This document shows positions 11,611 to 25,900 of a stretch of DNA of 64,000 nucleotides, piece after piece. How positions within the stretch are numbered: position 1 is the stretch's first letter; every line of letters begins with the position of its first letter. The stretch is from Camelus dromedarius. Its lineage: Eukaryota. Under the pieces are notes generated by a model that saw nothing but the letters and a program-made list of their open reading frames with translations, made no database searches and was not told where the DNA came from. The position numbers and the translations under genes are program-made. The stretch spans positions 115,136,001 through 115,200,000 of the forward strand of contig NC_087437.1 of NCBI RefSeq assembly GCF_036321535.1, read 5' to 3'.

Positions 11611-12249
11611 ATCATTGTACCAAAGTTAATTTCTTGCTTTTGATAAATGTACTGTGGTTGTGTCAGGTCTTAAAATAAGGAGAAGCTGGGTGAAAGTTTT
11701 ACAGGAATTCAATTTTTGCATAATCCATAATGATTTCAAAAAACAACTGTTTAAAAAGGTAATTACTTTTTCTTAATCCACAAGTAACCCATATTCATGG
11801 TACAAAATTTAGAAAATATAGAGGAGCATAAAGAATAAAAATAAAATTCCTAAGCATCCTCTCTTCCCCCTCAAAACAGTCAGTTATAAAAACAGCAACT
11901 CTTCTCTCTCACAGATTTCTCACCCAGTTACTTTCCCCAGAAGGCCATGAGGAAGCAGTTTGGGGTAAGACCACTGTAATGACTGTGGGAAAGCAGGTTC
12001 TAGAAAACGTATGTTGACCTGATGGGTCTCACAAGCTTCAGTGGCCATACTTCAGCTGTGGATAATAAAGCTGCCCCTTGGCCAATAAAACTTTTTTTCT
12101 GAAATTAATGATGGAAACTTGAAATCTTAACCAACAGTGCTCATAAAGATGCTATCGCATACTGGGATAGGTTGTAACATAAAACAGACAAGTTTTTAAA
12201 GAGGAATTGATTCTTGATGAGCCAGAAAATGAGAAATGGTTCAGAAATG

Positions 12250-13170
12250 CTGTGGCCTGTCAACAGGAGAAAAGAATTACCCGGAAGGGGCTGCCACTGG
12301 GCAAATCTGGCACACTTTGAGCACCAAAATTAATGACATCTAGTACATTGTAAACCACTGAATAAAATAAAAATTCCCACATTTGTATTGAAATAAATAA
12401 ATAGATAAAGAATGAGAAAGGAAGGCTTTCTCTTACACAGAATGTCAACAAATAAATGTCAAAGGAATGAGTTAGAAGCTCACCCTTTCGCCACCTGATT
12501 CATGCAAGAATCATAATAAAACTATTGGGTGAAAGTTTGAGACTAGCCTCCAAGCATTTCCGCGAGGATTACTTATTTGCTACAAAAGGAAAATAGTGAT
12601 CTATGTACACCACCTTCACCAAGTGATCAAAACTAGCCTTTTCAGTCAGGACGACTGGCATCCTGGTGTGCTGCTCCGAGGACACAACATCACACGTGCT
12701 ATGTTCCTGCCCAAATCAAATCCAGTATTCCTCTAAATGTCAATGCCATGACGGAGAAGGAAGGCTGGGGCAATAATCCAGGTTAAAGGAGACTCCAAAG
12801 ACATGACAAGTAAATGCACTGAGTGACCCTGGGATGACTGGGACGACTGGCAACATGTGAAGACACACTGTTAGGTAACAGCATCGCACCAACGTTAAAC
12901 TGGCTGAATTTTATAAATTGCGTTGTAGTTACGTAAGAGAAGGTCTTGTCCTTAGCACTGAGGACATGGGGGCATGATGGCTGCAACTAAGCCTCAAATG
13001 GCCCAGGATATATACATGCAACATACATACATATACATACACACTGTGCATGTGTGTGTGTGTATTTATTCACTGAGTGAAAGAGAGAAAACAAATGTGG
13101 CAAGTTGTTAGCAATTGGTGAATCTCTATATTCATCTTTATTTCAAAGTAAAAAGTTTAAAGGATTGCTA
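12250..13170 (+). mobile_element. L1MC-like 3' region fragments
   Basis: Similar in style to the 10.3-10.9 kb L1MC-type 3'UTR (ttaaaggagact...agacatgacaagtaaatgca). Includes a (CATA)/(TG) low-complexity run near 13010-13062. Confidence 0.6.
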
Positions 13171-13949
13171 CAACAACTGCAAAACAGAAATGGGAGATGG
13201 AAGCAATGAGGTTCTCAAGAAGACTGCCCTGTTGTCCATAACAGCCTCACTGAGAGTCATACTAACAGAAGTTCCCTGCACAGCATCCAAAACAGGACAG
13301 AGCACTGGGGAAGGGGCAGCTTGCCAAACCAGACAGAATCACGCAGTAGAGAATCAAGTGTCAACGACAAAAGGGAGTAGGAGACAGGAGGCTGCTGCCA
13401 TGAGATCCCAGATCAGCTCGTACAGAATGACACGGTGGCCATTGCAGGAGAAGGCGTGACCCACCCACGGACCCTGACAGAGGAGGAGAATGGCAGGGAT
13501 GGTGTCCCACCAGGTCAGTGGAGAGGGCCCAGATCTGGAGACTCCTGTGACTAAGAACCGCATCGTCGGATGGGCTCTGTGCCCTGAGGGAGGAGGGGAG
13601 AAAGTGGGGAGGCATAATTATCCATTGTAAGAAATGAAGCTTCACTGGCTTCATTTTCCTCAATGAACAAGAAAAGGGAGAGAGGCGGTGTGGGAGGGCC
13701 CTTGGTATGTCAAAGTGCTCAGTAAGTATCTTTAAACTGACTAACTCCTGCAAACCTAGGGAGTAAGCCAAAAAGGAGGATGCCATGGGAGCCAAGAAAG
13801 AGAGGACACAACAGAAAAGACAGCAAAGTATTGTCCCAGGATGGCGGCAAAGGGGACACCTCCAAATGGCAATGGTGCGGCAGGCCCAGAAGAAGGCTGC
13901 TGGAAAAGAAAACTGGAACCGATCGATACATTCAAGCATTTGGAAAATA

Positions 13950-14660
13950 ACGTTGTATGTGGTGTGCACACACCATTCAGTGGTTTTTAGTATATTCTCA
14001 AAGTTGTGTAAGCATCATCACTGTCTGATTCCAGAACATTTTCATCAACTCCTCCCAAAATAACCCCCTACCATTATCAGTCAGTCCCCATTTACCCCAA
14101 ATGCCAGCCCCTGGCAACTACTGATCTTACTTCCTGTCTCTATAGATTAGCCTCCTCTGGGCATTGCATGTACATGAAGTTTTCTCTGACAGGCTTCTTC
14201 ACTTAGCACAATGTTTTCAAGGTTCCTCCCGCTGTATCAGTCCTCATTTCTTTCTCTGGCTGAATACTATTCCACTATAATGACAGACCACATTTTGTTT
14301 ATCTATTCATTTATTGGGTTGTTTTTCCTTTTGGCTATTGTGAATAATGCTGCTATAAATATCTACATACAAGGTTTTATGTGGATATATGTTTCATTTC
14401 TCTTGGTAGGTACCTAGGAGTAGAAATGCTGGGTCATACGTAACTCTATGTTTAAGCTTTGCAGGAACTACCAGACTTTCCAAAGGGTATGTGTTTCCAG
14501 TAGAAGAGGGTTCCAATTTCTCCACATCTGCGACAACACTTATTATTGTGTGTCTTTTTCATCACAGCCATCTTAATGGTTGTGAGGCAGTAACTGCTTG
14601 AGGTTCTGATGTGCGTTTCCCTGATGGCTGATGACGCTGGGCATCTCCTCCTGTGCCATA
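13950..14660 (-). mobile_element. L1M (MB-like) 3' fragment
   Basis: Antisense L1 3'UTR/ORF2 end (ggctattgtgaataatgctgctataaat...tacctaggagtagaaatgctgggtcata). Confidence 0.85.
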
Positions 14661-15099
14661 TGAGTAGATCTGTTACCCTCACAAAATTTTCTAAGACTTT
14701 ATATATGCTTTCAAATTTCACATTTTGCCCTATCAGTTCAGAAACGCTTGGTATCTGCTCCTGTCACCCTCCTGTTCCCTGTGGTGTGCTTGCCTGTCTC
14801 ACAGTGGAGGCCTGGGTGATGGTCCCACTCACAGATGGCTGACAAGCCCTATAGAGCCTACAACTCAGCTTCCAGATCTAGAAGGAGATGAAAAACCTCT
14901 AGATCAAGCATTTAGAAGTCTGACAGAGGAAGGAAGCAGAGGAAAGGCCTGGTGACTTGCTAAAGTGAAAGCAATTCAGTGATGGCTGAAATGGGGCCCC
15001 AAGGTCTCTGGATTATTCTTTCCACCAAGCAAGCTGTGCCATGCCCCTGATTCAACACTTGTCATTTCTTAACTTCACAGGTTCCCCAAATGCCACATG

Positions 15100-15620
15100 A
15101 TTAAAAAATGTACATGCAGTCATAATTCTCCCAAACCCAGTGTGGCATGGCACAGATGAACACAAGTCCTGCTTCCAAGTGTGCACAGTCAGGGAGAGAC
15201 ACGGCACACACAAGCACCAGGGTGATGCAGGGATGTACCAGGTCTAAGGAGGGAGCCACTGGCTCTACCTGGAGACATAAATGAGGCGTCCAGAGTAGAG
15301 AACCAACCAACACTGTCCAGTGGAAATGAATCAGATGGAAAATGGTGGGGAAAATATTCAGACAGTGGGAAAAGCACATTCAAAGATCCACTTTCAGGAA
15401 ATCGCTTTCAGGAAATAGCAGGTGTCTAGTGAAACCGAAACAAAAAGCACAGGGCCCTGAGCAGACCCAAGGCTGGAAAGAAAGGTGAGAACCAAGTGGC
15501 TGTCTTCGCTGGCATACTAAGGGTTGGGTTTTTCTAGATTAGGAAATGTAAAGCCTGTAAATTTTTGAGGAAAAAAAGGACAGGATCAGATTTGCACTTA
15601 TAAAGAGTTCACTCAAGTGA
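15100..15620 (-). mobile_element. L2 LINE fragment
   Basis: Decayed antisense L2 text such as gacaggatcagatttgcacttataaagagttcactc. Confidence 0.5.
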
Positions 15621-15823
15621 CAGTAAACACCATACCAATTTTTTTTTCAGCTAAGATAGTTCAAAATTATTGTAAATAACACTGAAACTTGTTCAAGATT
15701 CTCTTTGTATTATTTCTTGTTGGAGAACTTCTGCTACTCAAGACCCAACACCCATCTGAACTTCCTATGATAAGGTTAAGAAATGTTACCATGTCACATG
15801 GAACTCTGCTATGTGCCCAAAAG

Positions 15824-17019
15824 CAATGGTCTTCAAACCCAGGCCTTGCATTCCCCTTTAAAGAACTGCAAACAAACTGTGGAAGCCTTGCATATATTTA
15901 AGGTGACATATAAATCTGGATAGCTGCAAAGGATGGAATTTCTGACTTGGGATTACTATTTTAAATAAAACTATTATGTCACTCTTTTAGATATACTCAA
16001 ACGAATCAAAGTACCACAGGAATGTGTTACCCACCATGTATTTAAAAAATACATGAATAAACTTCTTTAGTCAGAAATTTTCATTCCTTTTCTCCTTCAA
16101 CAGAATTCCATTTCACCCCCAAAATTTCATCCTAACAATCATTTTATGCTTGAAAGTCTTAACCTCCTTGATTTACCTGTTTATTGTTTATAATTTTTAA
16201 AACTATGTAAAAATTGACTTTTAATTACTTTATTTCCTATGACCATACAACTCTAAATATTAAAATGTTTTTATTGTAGACTGATTTAGTTATAATTTCA
16301 ATAGTACAGAATTGACAAAAATGTAACAGTTTCAAATTTTAATAAAAATATTACACATGTAAACTTGAAATCCATTGAAGATACAACTCTTAAAGAGATG
16401 AATAGGCCTTTTTTTTTTCTTTTTTCTTAATTGTATCCCCAAACAAATACAATTTACAGCTAGAATGAGACAGGGGTCAATATCAATTGTATTCCTACTT
16501 TCCATTTTTATAATTATAAACACTAAGAAATCTTATTCACATACACAGTAAGTACAAAGCAATAGAGTTTTATTAGAGCAATGTCACTCAATTCTTCAAA
16601 TTCCTTCCAACATATTTGTCAAAATCACACCCTTATCTATCATCAAAAGCTATTTTTAATGATCTTTTAGATTGGTCAGGCCCTCCATCAACTTTGTGTA
16701 AAGAACTGTAAACCGCCTGACATGCAAAAGGAATCGCTACCCAGTGTCATTTGCTTTCTCGCATTAATATTTCATGCTGTCCTTTTGTTTGCCATCCTAG
16801 AGGTTGCTCCATCTCAGAAAAGGCTCCATCCATAGTAAGATTATGGATGGGTGCAAAGGGCAATTATGAAGGGGGTGGTAGAGGGCGCCTAATACCTCAT
16901 AACAGGCATTTGCTCGGGTGATCAATTTCAGGAAACTGTCCATTTGGAAGCTGAAGGTCTGAAAACTAAGCCCCGCTGCACATGTAGCCCAGAAAGTGCC
17001 CCCACTTCAAAGACCACGG
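15824..17019 (-). mobile_element. Second hAT-Charlie fossil, internally deleted and related to the 444-2531 copy
   Basis: Minus strand 16430-16675 gives RSLKIAFDDR...KEFEELSDIALIKL...IIKMESRNTIDIDPCLILA (hAT C-terminus). Termini caatggtcttcaaac and (revcomp) ccgtggtctttgaagtgggg form TIRs. Confidence 0.72.
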
Positions 17020-19039
17020 CTCCAAGGCACATGTTTACAGATTCCTGGGTCTTCCACTCAGGTTAAACCTTGAACTGGAAGTTTTGTTCCTATCAAAGCC
17101 AAGAAAGGACAGGGAAGCAGGAACAAAGCAAAGGTGGAAAAGTATAGAAAACATTAGAAAACAAGAAAAAATGAACAAGGAAAAAAATTGTAATAGAGAA
17201 AAGACCTGCAAATTAGAACCCTGCCATGTGCCACATCAAGTCCATCAAATTAAGTTTGCCTTTTCCATTGCCTCCTTCCCAGCTCCTGCTTCCCCTCAAA
17301 CACATCCACAAAATCTCTCCTGTCTTTGCACTTGTTTCTGTTGTTGTTGTTTCCACAGCAGAGCATTTCGACCCAAGCTTTTCCAAACAATCAAATGTGA
17401 TAGAAAATTCTGAGCCCCCACCATCAGTGATCCTTACTATTCTGATACGGTCTAATAACTCAAAATTATTTCCTATCATACGCACTTTGTATGACATCAG
17501 CTACCACACGAGTTTCTAATACACAGTAAGCAGGTGGCCCCAGCAATCTCTCTTGTATCTCACATCTGGTATTGTACTCCATATAAGGTGCTGAGTCCGA
17601 TTTTTTAATAAAAACATGGCCTAAGCTTGTAAAAGTTCAAGTAAAATAGACCTCTAAAACTGCTGCGTTTAATTTCCAGTCATGAAAGTCTAAAATTATT
17701 GTAAAATAATACTCAACCTTTTTCATAGATCCGTTCAATGAAGCTTAAAACTACTTTCCTTTCAGAAAGGAAAAGCGCTTCATAACTAACAGCTTCTTGA
17801 ATTCACATGTGCTGTCTTACTTTTGTGAACCTGAATTGCATAAATTTTATAACCTTTCAATCTGGACAAAATTAGTTTGGTTAGTAGTACAAAGTAATAA
17901 TACATTGACGTTTCTGGATAATGGCTGGGGGAAGGGAATGGTAAAGGAAAGGGTAGAAATGCTTAAAATTAAATCAATAACCTGTAACTTAGAGAAATCC
18001 ATCTTTTTTCAAAAATGAAATTTAAGATTTAAAAGTAAGATATACTCAGAAATAAACATACTAACAAACACAAAGATGATTATAAACATTATCTTATAAT
18101 TAAAGAAATAACCATTTCAACAATGTTATTACACTTCATATGACATTGGTGTAAAAGTGTGTCTACAAAAATGGTACAGATTTCTGCAGGTTTAAACTTA
18201 CTTGACTAGATATAAGTTGTTGCATTAGCACTAGATCTCCCCTCTCACTCAATGAAAGGTGGAATCCCTCTAATTTAGATGACTATTTTCATGATTTGAG
18301 CAAATCCATAGCGGAAACACAGGGATCACATTCCTTCGACCATAAATTCCTCAAAAGCAATCTTGCTCTAAGGCAACTGGTTCTAAATCAAAAGGTAACT
18401 TTCATTTCCTTTATATATTTTGGTTTCATCTTTAACCATCATCTTCAACCACAAATTTTTAAATTGTTACTAAATTGGGTAACTAAGTAGAAATAAAGTA
18501 GTATTAGATGCTGGCTATAAAACAAAGCCAAGAACTTGAGCAGTTTTTTAAAAAGTGTTCTGCTCTAATGAATCTACTCAATAATAAACATTTCTCCAAA
18601 GAAATATTTCATAATAGTGTTTCATTTTTCTTTTCTTTTTTTTTGGTAGGGGGGATGATGGTTACTCTCCCTTACTATTGAATTAAGATGCAAGAATCAG
18701 CCTGGCTGTTGTAGAGAAATAGGATCTCTGAAACCCCAAGTGAAAACTGGGATATCCACTCAGTTGGGCAGGCAGGCAGGCAGTTACCAAAGACTATCCA
18801 AATTAAAGACACATCTGTCATGACCAGTTCCCATTAACAAGAAACTCTGCACACATTCACAGTGAGCAGTGATTCTAGGAACAAATGGTGGAAACCACCC
18901 AGTTACCCACTAAAAAGGAAACTGCTAACCAGTAGTATGCTCTTGCTGTGGAATATTATGCAGTCATTAAAAGGAAAGTTGTATCAATATGCCATAACAG
19001 GAAGTCTCCAAGATGCAGAGTTGAATGACAGAACAAATG

Positions 19040-19470
19040 CAGCAACTGAGCAGAGAGCAGTCACCCTAGATTCAGTCTCCCTTTCTTCTTGGCTATGCTG
19101 AGCATCTCCTTACCCTCCTCCTTTCAGGCAGGCTGGGGGAGGGGGGGACCAGGCTCTTGACAATGGAAGGTGAGAATATGTCACTCCAGCCTCATTTGTT
19201 TAGGAGAAAATCTCTGGTCCACTCTTTCTAGCCTTTTGTCCTTCCCGCTGGCTGGAATAGCAATGACCAGACTGACCTAGAAAGCCACATGTTAAAGATG
19301 CCAAGCCACTGTCAGCCTGGTACCTCGAATGACTGCATGCAATGTGGCAGCCCAAAGACCTGGACCACTTACCCTGGCTCTTGTGGCTACCACAAGAGGC
19401 AGAACTGAAAGCCAAATTACTGTTGGGTTTCTTGTTATTTAGCAACTTAGTCCTTTATCCAAATGTAGAC
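19040..19470 (+). mobile_element. MaLR LTR (MLT1J/K-like), decayed
   Basis: aagccacatgttaaagatg...agcctgg...tgactgcatg, with a 3' end gggtttcttgttatttagcaacttag. Confidence 0.55.
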
Positions 19471-19696
19471 AGAAAGATACAGCCAGATACCTTTAAATAA
19501 TAATATACTTAAAAGTCCTTGAAAAAAACAAGTCAACTTCCCAACAGTAATTACAAAGGCAGGATGAGGCATGGGAGGGTGGGGGCAAAGGAGACAATCA
19601 GGACAGGGGTGAGTGTTAATATTAGTTGTAATTTTTAATCTTATGAAAGGAAAATATATTCATGTGTTACTTGTATAACTGAAAGCTGATAATCTA

Positions 19697-20208
19697 CAGA
19701 TGGTCCCTGACTTATGATAGTTTGACTTACAATTTTTTGACTTTACAGTGGTGCAAAAGCAACATGCACTCAGTAGAAAGCACACTTCAGATTTCGAATT
19801 TTTATCCTTTCCCAGGCTAGCCATATGCAGTACATTATTCTCTTGTGACGTGATGTGATGCTGGGAAGCAGCGGTGAAGCAGTCCCAGCCAGCCACACCA
19901 TTGCAAGGATAAACAACTGACATTTAGAACCATTTTGCACCCAGACAACCATTCTGTTTCTTACATTCAACATAGTATTCAATAAATTATGGGAGCTATT
20001 CAATACTTTATCATAAAATAGGCTTTATGTTAGATGCTTTTGCCTAAATGTAGGCTAGTGTAAGTGTTCTGAGCACAATGAGGGTAGACCAGGCTAAGCT
20101 ACGATGGTCGGTAGGTTAGGTGTATCAGTGTATTTTTGATTTACAATATAATTTCAACTTACAATGGTTTATCGGGATGTAACCCCATCATAAGTCAAGG
20201 AAGACCTG
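19697..20208 (-). mobile_element. Tigger5/MER47-like DNA transposon
   Basis: TIRs cagatggtccctgacttatgat and atcataagtcaaggaagacctg, each flanked by TA. Internal ggctaagctacgatggtcggtaggttaggtgtat matches the recalled MER47 consensus. Confidence 0.85.
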
Positions 20209-22949
20209 TATAGGATTTTATGGTTTTGAGTATCAATTCCATTTTCCCTCTAAATTTTACAATAAGATTGTATTTTAATTCTAATTTAATTCCAGAAAAT
20301 ACATCCTTCCACAAAGTAGAAAGAAAATAATGACCAAAGTGAAAACTGTAATGGAAGAAAAGCATCAAGAAAACACTGTTTGCCTGCCATCCACCCCCTC
20401 AGATGGGTACAAAACGACTGGCTGGTGTGACCAGAGAACTTTGTCTTGAAGGAGCACAGTCTGTACGTTGTGTCCCTCCCCCAGGCTGCCATGTGAGCCT
20501 AGACAGTGCCCCTCCACTGCAGGATCTCCAGAACCTGGGGACAGCCCACTCCTCCAGGCCAAGAGAGCCCTGGGCTTGGCCAGCGGTTGGAGTGAAGAAC
20601 CGAAGGTGCCCTGCCTCTGTCTCCTGAGAAGTGAGGTTAGTGTTCCTCTCTCGGAGCTGCGGTTTCTTCCCAGGAAAAACTGAAAGACTATTACAAGTCG
20701 TACCTGAGCTCTGACTCCTCGGATTCAAGCATTAGCTGGAATGTTCCAAAGGAAAAATTACAGCTCTTTAAAAATGATCTGAGTCAACTTATTAAAGGAA
20801 AGATATTTAACTCTACATGAGTTTATTTCAGTCATCTCATGATGTGCCAGAAAAGAGATGTTCATTTTCAAATCTCATTTCTTTCCTAAGGATTACCCAT
20901 ATTAACTGCCTTTTGTATTTTCAAAATGTCCTTTGCTTTTAAAAAAGCAATATGAGAACACAAGACATGCCTAAGTTTCATAAAAATCAGGAAAAAGAAT
21001 TCTATAATTCTCATCTTCACAAGATTCACTTAGTCCTATTAAACTATCCGCCCCATCAGAAAGTTGCTTTCTGATACACTATATCCTTATCTTGTGAATC
21101 CTTAAATTTGCTGACATCCTTAATCTTGCGTTTATATCAGCTGAGTTAAAACCACAGCTCTCAGAATGTCAGCACTACCTCACAGACCAAATCCAATGCC
21201 CTTACTTAAAAAAAAAAAAAAAAAGACGGATGTCTTCCCAGCTGGGATCATTAAGTTAAGCAACTTAACTTCTGGGAAATTTCTAGATCATTGTTTTTGA
21301 ATCTTTTAGGAGTGGAACAAGGATACGAACAGCAGAGAACCACCTTTAAAATAAAACCTGTGAACCCTATTTATGACGCCCTCAAACTGCACAGAATCCG
21401 AAAAGCTATTTGCCATGATTTTACCTTAATTCCACACTGAATGTGTGTTTTTCATTTAAGAGACTTCAGAAATTGATACTGAAGAACTCAGTGGCAAGAT
21501 CTGGCCACTTTTGTTTTTCACCCTAGTCCTGCAGTTCCGGGCACAGCCTCTGCCACCACCGGCCTGCACTCAAGCCTAGGGCCCCTCGGAGGAGCTAGCG
21601 TCTGGATGGCTGAGTCTCCTCGGATGCGCTTCAGCCTTCGTATCACCACAGAGGGGAATAGGGGAGGAGTAAAAGAGAATAAACACAAAGTGCTCACCAG
21701 TGGGCATCATACACAGACTTAGCAAATGCAAGGGTGAACTCTCTCATGGTTCTTAGCTATTAACTCATTATTTTTATTAGTTACTATTAGCAATGACTTT
21801 TACCTATACGAGCTCACTTTTGCTTCTCATTTCTTAAAATATCTACCCAGACAATAATTCTTAATTTTAAAACTAGACTATCAATATATAGGAAAAAGAT
21901 ACCTATTGTATCACTCTATCAGTTAATGGTAAATTTTGAGATATGAGGATTTTTGCCGCAGTTCCCAGACCAGAGGTCACTTTTAAGGAATCATAGTTGA
22001 AAATATCACTAAAAATAAGCAGAAAGTCTTAACAAGAGGCTTCAGGACAAAACATCACATTAGGGAAAAATACCTTAGGGACTGGTAAAACAAGAAGAAT
22101 TTTCAATAAAATTATGAGCTAGAGATAAAGAAGACTAAAATCCAAAGACTAAGAGAAGAAAGCTAACTCCTCACGGGTCCACTATGACTGTTTTATAGGA
22201 CCTGGGCAGAAGGGTCTGGAAAATAGCATTTTAGGAGGAAGAGAAATTGGCACCTACCCTCCTCACCCCACCTCTGGCTAGAGCCTCGGAGAGGCTCTTT
22301 TGAGCAATTATGGAGTAAAATTACATCAGAATATACATTAATGAGAATATTTTGAATAATGAGAACACTGCTAATTATATCTTCTCTTTTTAACACGAGG
22401 TCAAGCACTTTATGGCAACTCTGAGACTCTCGGTGTGCCCAGCAGGGAGCCTTCTATCCCGCACACACTTGTAAAGGCCATGACAGCAGGCTGGATGATA
22501 TGAGGTGTGAGAAATGAAAACTTTATGTGCAGACAAATTTAGATTTTTAAAATATTTTCACTAGGGGCATAAATAGAAAGAAATTAGACCCCTGGGATTT
22601 CAGAAAATGAGAATACAGACTGTGATTTTTGTTTTAAATTTTAGTACTGAGAATACTCAATACCTAAGGAGTAAATAATCCAGCTAGTCACAAAAAGTAA
22701 CACTTCAATTTTAACTGCATAGTTTTCACATACTTTAAGCTATTTTGTTCAAGGAAGGAGAGAAAATTGTGTACACTTCAGTAAAAGAAAGAAGACAAAA
22801 AAGAAAACTGAATGAACATAGGAAACAACATATATTTCTTTATATGAGGCAGCCTTGATGTACAACTGGGGATACCAAGAGATTACACAAATCCAGTGTC
22901 CATAATTTTAAATTTAAGTATACTATCATAGATAGATATTTTTTAATCT

Positions 22950-25900
22950 TCCATAGTAATTTGTTATAAAAATATTGATACATTACAGCAAGGGTAAAAT
23001 TCTAGAGTAAACATTCATAAACGACCAGCTAAATTCTACCATTAACATTCCACCCACCCACTTACTACTTTACACATTTCAACGTAAACTGCAGATATTC
23101 CATCCTTGATACTTAAGTCAACATTTAACTAGAGCTCAATATTTTAGGTTTTATAAAAAATTTACCTGGAGTGATAGTTATTATGAGATCTGCTGCAGTT
23201 TGACAAATGTATACACCTGTTCTGTTTTAGGAAAATAAGAAACATTGCTATCCCTCAAGGGTTCCTCATGGCTCTTTCCAGTTGACTTCCACCCCCATGC
23301 CCCAGAGACAACCATTCTTCTGACTTCCCACCACAGGTTAGACCTGCCTGATCTAGAACTTCACAAAACAGAGCCAAAGGAAAGGTATTATTTTGTGGAA
23401 GGCTTCCTTCACTGCGCATAAAGTTTTTGACATTTGTGCAAGTTGATGCATGTATCATTGGCCATTCTCTTTTATTGCTGAGTGGTGTTCAATTGTATGA
23501 ATATGCTACAGTGTATCCCTTACATTGATCTGCTGATGGACTTTTGAGTTGTTTCCAGATTTTGGCTACTACAAATAAATCTGCTATGAATCATGATGTA
23601 CAAGTCTTTGTGTAGACACATATTTTCATTTATCTTGGGTAAGTAATTAGCAGTGGGACTGTTGGGTTGTTAAGAAAGTACACGTTTCTTTTGAGAAAGC
23701 AAACTGCCACATCATTTTTTCAAAGTGGTCATATCATTTTATATTCCCACCAATGATGTGATGTTTGGGAATTGTGGGTTGCTCCGCAACCTTGCCAATA
23801 TCTGGTGCGGTCAATCTTTTTATTTGTAGCTAATATGGTGGGTATGCATGGTATCTCATTGTGGTTTTAACTTGCGTTTTTCTGAAGACAGAAAATGTTG
23901 ATGACCTTTTCATGTGCTTAATTGGCTGCTGGCATTCTTTGCAAAATGTTGCTCAAATATTTCAATCAGGCTGTTTGTTATTTTATTATTGAGTTGTAGA
24001 AGTTCTTTATGTATCATAGATACCAGTTTTTGTCAGATATGTTTTGAAAATATCTCCTTGTATGTGATTTGTTTATTCATTTTTATTGGTATCTTTCGAT
24101 GAGCAGGATATTTTCATTTTTATGAAGTCTTCTTTATCAATTTTTTTCTTTTATGGTTATAGCTTTCTATAATCAGTTTTTGAAACCTTTGACCACTCCC
24201 AGGTCATGAAGATATTCTATTCTCCTTTAGAAGCTTTATAATTTTAGCTTTTGTGGTAGGGTCTATGATCCATCTCAAACCAATTTTAAAGTATGATGTG
24301 AGGCAGGGATCAAGACATTTATTTTCCTTTATGAGCTTATATCTAACTATGCCAGCACCTTTTTTTTTTTTTTTTTTTTTTGGTGGGCGGAGGTAATTAA
24401 GTTTACTTATTTACTCTTAGAGGAAGTACTGGGGATTGAACCCACAACCTCATGTGGGCCAAGCATGCACTCTACCACTTGAGCTATAATCTTCCCCCAC
24501 CAGCACGATTTCTTGAAAAGACTTTCCTTTCTTCATTGAATTGCTTTGACATCTGTGTCAAAAATCAAAAGGCCAATTAAGAGCAGATCTATTTCTGGAG
24601 TATTCTGTTCTGTTGCTCTATTTCTTTATTAATGCCAATACCACCCAGTTTTATAGTTAATCACCACAGTTTTACAGTAAATCTTAAAAGTCAGATAATA
24701 TGACTTCAACTTTTTCTTGTTCCAAGTTATTTTCTCTATTGTGCAATCTTTGCATTCTTATGTAAATTCTATATAAATTTTATAATCAGCTCATACATTT
24801 CTACTACAACTCCTGCTGTGATTTTGATTAAACATGCACTGAATCCATAAGTCAATTTAAAGCAAACTGGCATAAGTCTTCTGATACATGATCATGGCAT
24901 CCTTATTTATTGAGATATTCTTTAATCTCAAAATATTTTCTTACTTCCTTTGTGATTTCTTCCTTGACCTAAAGATTATCTAGATGTGTGTTGTTTAATT
25001 TTGAAATATTTATGATTTTCCTAGATATATTTTTGTTACTAATTTCTAATTTAATTCTGTTGTGGATGTAGAATATACTTTATGTGGTCCAATCACTTTA
25101 TTTTTATGGAGACTTGTTTTATGTCCCTGCATATAGTCTCCCTTGGTGAATATACCATGGGCACTTGAAAAGAACATGCATTCAGCTAGATGTAGTGTTC
25201 TATAAACATCAATTAGGTGAAGGTGGTTGACAGTGTTATTCAGATCCTCTTTGCCTTTCATGATTTTTGTTTAGCTGTTCCATTGCCTGTTAAGAGAGTG
25301 ATGTTAAAATCTGTAACTATAATTGTGGACTTGTCTATTTTTCCCTTTAATTCCACCAATTTTTGCTTCATGTATTTTGAAGCTCTCTTATTAGGTAAAC
25401 AGACATCTATGATTGTTATGTCTACTCGATGATTGACCCTTTTTTCATCATGGCATATCTCTCTTTACCTTTCTGAATTCTTTGTCTTGAAGTCTGTTTT
25501 ATTGGGTGTTAAAGTAACTCCAGCTTTCATAAGCTCGCTGTCTGCATGACATATCTTTTCCTATCCTTTTACTTTTAACCTGTCTCTATAATTAGTGTTT
25601 CTTAAAGAAGACTTATATTCAGGTCTTATTTTTTTTAATCCATTCAGACTTAGCCCATTATCATTTAATAGTGGTCTAGCACTTCGTTCATTTTTGTTTG
25701 TTTTTCCCTTATTTTTTTGTTTTACTATTCCCTTTTTGTTTTTGGGTTTTTTGGCTGCCTTCTTTTAGAGTATTTGGATATTTTAATTTATTTACTGACT
25801 TTAGATATAATTCTTTGTCTTGTTTTTAGAGGTTACTCTGAAGATTACAATATATATGCTTAATTTATGCATCTACCAAGTTTATATTACACTTCTTCAC

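Larger units (their letters stand above)
10280..11755 (+). mobile_element. Old L1MC/ME-like 3' region interrupted by an LTR
   Basis: aatctaatcatgagaaaacatcaggcagacccaaaatgagggac...aagtgtcaagatcatgaaagacaagg. Resumes after 11610 with attgtaccaaagttaatttc. Confidence 0.65.

Noticed and set aside
13361..13969. 202-aa minus-strand ORF
   Set aside because: No recognisable protein similarity, non-ATG start at an L1 edge, and consistent with chance.
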